DNA of 64,000 nucleotides from Marsupella aquatica (taxonomy: Eukaryota; Plantae; Marchantiophyta): positions 3,330,490 through 3,394,489 of the forward strand of contig OZ316893.1 of the NCBI GenBank assembly GCA_973895155.1, read 5' to 3'. This document shows positions 59,252-64,000 of the stretch, one piece after another; positions within the stretch are counted from its first letter, which is position 1, and every line of letters starts with the position of its first letter. The notes under the pieces are model-generated. The model was not told the origin of the DNA and searched no databases. It was given only the letters and a program-made list of their open reading frames with translations. A program made the position numbers and the translations under genes.

Positions 59252-62200
59252 TTAATTTGGAACTGAGTGAGGCTGCAAGGTGTCATTATATAAAGTTCGC
59301 TGCCTCTCGAGGAACTGGAGAATAGGTATAAACACATCCTGGGTTCGCTTGACAGAGTACAACAGATCAAAATGTGCGTAGTCAGGAAGTAACAGTGCAG
59401 CCGAATTGTTACTGCTGGGGCTTGAACTCAGATGGGACATGAATTGGCGCACTCCACTTGGTGGAGCAATGTTGTCTCGCCCTCCATAAATCACCAGCAC
59501 CGGAAGAGTCACAGGAATGTCAGCCGGATCATAGATTGGTGGCAGCGGTGATCCATTGTACGCCAAGGAGTTATTCATAACGCTTCCGTAATCAAAGTGG
59601 CTCCATATGTTGGTCCGGATGCCTGCACACAGTAATGTCGCCAAATTCTACCTACTCAAGAAAAGAACTCCATGTAAACGAGAGGAGTCATCATTCTCAC
59701 GAAATCCAAGGCTTAGTCTACCAGTTATGACAAGTTCATAGAAATCCTTTAGGTCATCTGATACACATGCCTAAATTCTGTCTACAAAGTTCCACACGTC
59801 AAATCAGAAACTAAATCTGTGGAGGGTGGAGTTAGATTGAAGCACCTTGTTGGTAGTGCATCAAGTTTTTTAAGGAAGTCGTGCCGTCCCACCCGTTGCC
59901 AAACTTCACTTTAAAATTCGATCCCAGGCAGCAGTTTGGTCCTTTAAGAATATTTGAAAAGCATTGTTGAGCACAACGAATTAGAATGGGCTACTAGGCC
60001 AGCAGTCACTAATGACTTTCATGACTTAAAGAGTACTTAAGCAGCCACGCCACTGAAAAAGACAGGGGCTTGAAGCGCAACCATGCACGAACTTAACTTA
60101 AAAATCAAATTCTCTGATCTACAAATTGAGTTCGAACATTATGCACTGCTGGATTAATCACAGAAGGGGCTATGGAACTTGATCAGTCTAGACTAAAGTT
60201 TTCATGAGAGCTACAGTCACTGGAGCCGTGTTCATACTGGGATAACATCCTGGAACATCGGACTTGCTATTGTTTACAGTAAGCTAGCGATCCTTTAAAA
60301 CAGGGAGCTTGTAGGTTTACTAAGTAAGAATCAATTAATGGTGTCTACCTGAAATATCTGTCAATAAAGCAGACACGGAAGGCAGGATCGAGAGAATTGA
60401 ATTGGACTCCCTGCAGTCAAAATGAAAAGGTCCACAGGTCGTGAAGTTAGAAATCTGAGACGAAATGTATCGAAACATATGTACAAAGATTGCATGCAAC
60501 TTAGTTTGTCTTAACTATCTTTAAAGCACAAGATACGTAGTTACGTACATTGTGAGATTGAAGACTCCGTTTTGAATTTCCGTGTGGTAAAAGTTCTGCT
60601 GGGAGGTACGTACAACAAACGTGCAAGGCAGTATGGTACACAGTTAGCGACTATATATCAGTGTTGGATCCGGTTCCAGGACAAGTCATAGCTCCAACCC
60701 AACTTAGTAAATAATGTAGATAATTGTTCCATCTCAACATGCCGATGGAAATGTAGGATCAAGCAAGAAGTTGTTACACTGCCAATATTGACTCCGAGTA
60801 GTGCTCCGAACGCAGTTAATGCGCGTGAAGTCGTGTTGCCACGGTAAATGGTCGGCCCTATCAACGTCAGGCTTCTCAAAAGAGGAGACAAGGAAACTAT
60901 CGTTGCTGCTGCAGCTCCTGCTGTCGCACTCTGAGTACAAAGAAGAATCAAATATTGTCTGAGTGTGTTTGTTTGTTATGCTCGACTGGCGGGGTAAATG
61001 TGTCATTGTACTGCTATTTGGACTCAAATCAGAGCTCGCCAGAGGTCTGAGCCTCTAAGAAGCACCATTAATACTAATTCACTTTCACTGTAGACTAGAT
61101 TGTGAACTGCATCTCACCTGCGATATGCCTACAAAGTGGACGGTTGATCCCGTTTCCATCCTCACGAGCTCGAGGAGCGCAGGCAGGTCGTACTGGGCAT
61201 GCTCGTCCCATGTCCAATTCCAATAGCTCTGCAATATTACAAGCGAATGTACTTAAAGACACGCCAGGTTGAGGACCAATTACAAAACTCAGAATAATGA
61301 CTGGTTAGGATGCCAGATCTTTCATACAAGTGACCCTTAATCAGCATGATCAGCCGGTTTACAAACAACCTGAGAAATCCCGACACAATTTTGGAGGGTA
61401 GAACTGAACTCACCTGATCCCCCGGTGTGAGCGTGAGATGCTCATGGGCGTAGTAAGTGGCTCGCAGATGACCAATCCATACATCAAAGCCTGCGTTGAG
61501 TAGAAGAAACGGCAATAGCTGATCCGAATCTTCATCTACATGATTAAACCAACTTTTGCCATTCTGAAACTCGTGGTGCATGAGAAGCACAGGTTCTGCG
61601 CTCTCCGTCAGTGACACTCCCCGAGAACTCGATGGCGATGGTGGTAATTCTGAGTCCGGCTGTGATTCTGGTGTGAGATCCTCATTTTCATCGGGCTCTG
61701 CTTGAGGAACTGGTTGGGGTTCCGGAAGTGGAGCCACATCGTCTAACGATTCATCCGTAGTCGACCGCTGTGTGGTTGTAGCATCCGGCGATGACAATGC
61801 TGTGATCGAAGGGTCGCTGCGAACTGCATTGCGAAGCCCATGATCTCCCTTCGTACCTTTTCTGGAGGGTGAAGAACTCTCAATACCTGTTGTTATTGTT
61901 TTGGACTCCACGTAGCCGAAACTGTACGTTGTCGAAGCCGCTGGAGGATGAAAAGACGGGCCTTCGGTGTCACCTTCGTACTTTTCTTCCAGGTCTTCTA
62001 ATCCTTCCCCACGGCCTGCAGATAACGGTTGGATCGGGGTCGGGGCGGCTTCCTGAAAAGCGCTTCCAGTGAGAGGAGTGGGAGCTACAGGAATGCAACC
62101 AATGCCAGTAGTCCTTGACGACTCAGGTGGATCAGACTTACGAACAAAATCGGGAATCGACTCAAAAGGTTGCTCTGCTGTAGTGATGCAGAGCGGTGGC

Positions 62201-62676
62201 ATAGGTGCAGGAGCCTCTGTCATCGTGGTCGTGCTTTCACTTTTTGATGTCGTCCTGGGTTTATTGCTGATGCGGTGTAATGCTAAGAGAAATCCGTCGG
62301 CTGTTATCGTCTGTATATGGAACATCAAATACAGTAGTACCCAATAAGTTCAGAGCAAACAATCACAAGATCTATAGGTTTAACACCTGAGGTTCAACCA
62401 TAAGATATGAATGAATACCAGAGAGTCAGATCTATCTACCACTGAACATTCTTTTCCACGATGAAGGAGAGCACAATTGAGGATAGAATTTGTGTAACAT
62501 ACCGTGTACTGTTGACAGTTGTAACCGTAGGGGACTGCAAACCTTTCGCAAAACAGCGAGTCTGCAATCGGAGTTTGCACATCCACATTCTGTGCAAAGC
62601 CCAAGAGCTCAGCCATGGCTAGGACTATTGCTACTCTCAGAGCACAGGAACAGAACCACAGCTTCCCGCGCTCCAT
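59252..62676 (-). CDS. Secreted AB-hydrolase lipase (acid/gastric lipase, LIP1/LIP2-like), multi-exon
   Basis: Signal-like N-terminus; PYGYNCQQY, TADGFLLALHRI, GFDVWIG, YWNWTWDEHAQYDLPA, HFVGISQ, NCCL, TSLKNLMHYQQ, FDYG..N..AYNG..PP.YD, GGRD, YAHFD. Confidence 0.88.
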
Positions 62677-64000
62677 CTTTCGAACTGATCGATTACCAAG
62701 AGCCCTAAGCTTGAAACGTACCAAAGCGTAGTCAAGCTCTTCTGAGGAACTCGATCAGAGCTCAGACCCTCTCGTTTCCCTCTGGACCCTGGTGCTCCTG
62801 TTCTTGGCGAACAGTTTCCTCCCTCCCTTTGATCGACAATCCACGTTAGGAAACAGAGGAACTGATCTTGTGCGCACTAGGGGAAAGTTTTCAGCTCGTT
62901 CTATTACGAGGAAGAACAGATCAGACTGAGACTTCGCGAATGGAAGTGGAAAGCTCACGGAGCTTCTCTGAGTATGGAAGACTCTAGACTCCAGAAAACA
63001 CCCCGCTCCGAATTCGTCCGTTCAACGTATACCATTACTTGAATTCGAGACGTATAGCGTTCGACTTGAATCCCAGATTATGCTCCCGCTGATGAGTCAA
63101 TATCAACGTGCATATGATCGCTGCGGAGCTGATCGGTCGCGGGAAACGTACGGTACAGTAAAAGAAAAGCGAAGGAGCAGGAGGGCTCATGATACGGTAA
63201 TATAGAAGCCAAGTACAGTAGCCTATTAGCTACGTACAATTAGTTGTCGCTCGTGTGTACGAGCTCAGCCTTGGCCAATTTTCAAGTTTGAAATTGTTTG
63301 CGCTTATGATGGTAACCTGGGATGGTAACTACACGACTTGCCTGCAGATTAACGTCTCCCAGAAACGGGACGTCGCCTTATTCAAAGTCCTAACGTCAAT
63401 ATTGGATGTCTAATCCATTTCTACCGTGTAGGGTCGAAGAGGTTGTAAGTCCGGCGTGCTAATTCCTAATCGCCTCCGTTCAGTGACCCACATAACAAGC
63501 AGAGAAACTTGTGGGGAGATTATGAGCGCGATCTCCAAGAGTCAGCTAGCGAGCAGCAGGTAGGAGATCGAGAGGCTCTTGAGGACGAGCTCTAGTCGCT
63601 ACTCTTTTCAAACGGAGCGTAGAGCTCCAGCTTGAGTAGTTCATCCCCGGCCAGTTAGAGATATATGGTACTCTTGGAATAGCAATGGTGCTATAGCTTA
63701 GCTATTGAGCTTTGCAAGTACACGTCCAGATGTGCAATCTCAAACTGCCGGCTCCATGTTTTGCTAGAGATTCGGAGTGCCCTTGGATGACAACAACTGT
63801 GCATTAATTAGGCAAAGTGTGGCATTTCCCAGGAAACCACAGTATAAACGCCTCGATTGTGCTTCTCATCTTCATGGAATGCTGGTAGAAACATCTGACT
63901 GCCTAGTATTCAGGAAGTAAAGTTGGAACGCTTCAAACGATGATGTAAGTTACCTTACTTTCAAGACTCCAACTTACCAGAGTGATTACGGTAGCGACAA

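Overview
Land-plant genomic DNA (bryophyte-like by inference) with three host genes: two tandem NPF/PTR transporters (10446-13226, 48460-51258; minus) and an AB-hydrolase lipase (59252-62676; minus). The NPF pair is separated by a decayed Ty1/copia (~18290-46435) hosting a four-level nest whose inner boundaries are defined by TSDs: copia > TIR element (20807-41103) > 4.0-kb solo LTR 'X' (22065-40893, TSD GGGTT) > very young intact Ty3/gypsy 'Y' (24519-39343, TSD AGTAT). The copia also carries two MITEs, a Sola-like MITE and a CACTA derivative. Main finding: the ~4-kb LTRs are themselves genes. Each LTR of Y encodes an intact 618-aa protein, and LTR X encodes a reconstructable ~878-aa protein. 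A third member of the same N-terminal domain family (1814-6620) is fused to an intron-containing SNF2-RING helicase resembling the RdDM factors FRG1/FRG2 (CHR27/28), and may lie inside another TG..CA element ending at 7238. Together these suggest a family of LTR-borne accessory, possibly anti-silencing, proteins. All homology calls are by eye and need HMM/structure confirmation.
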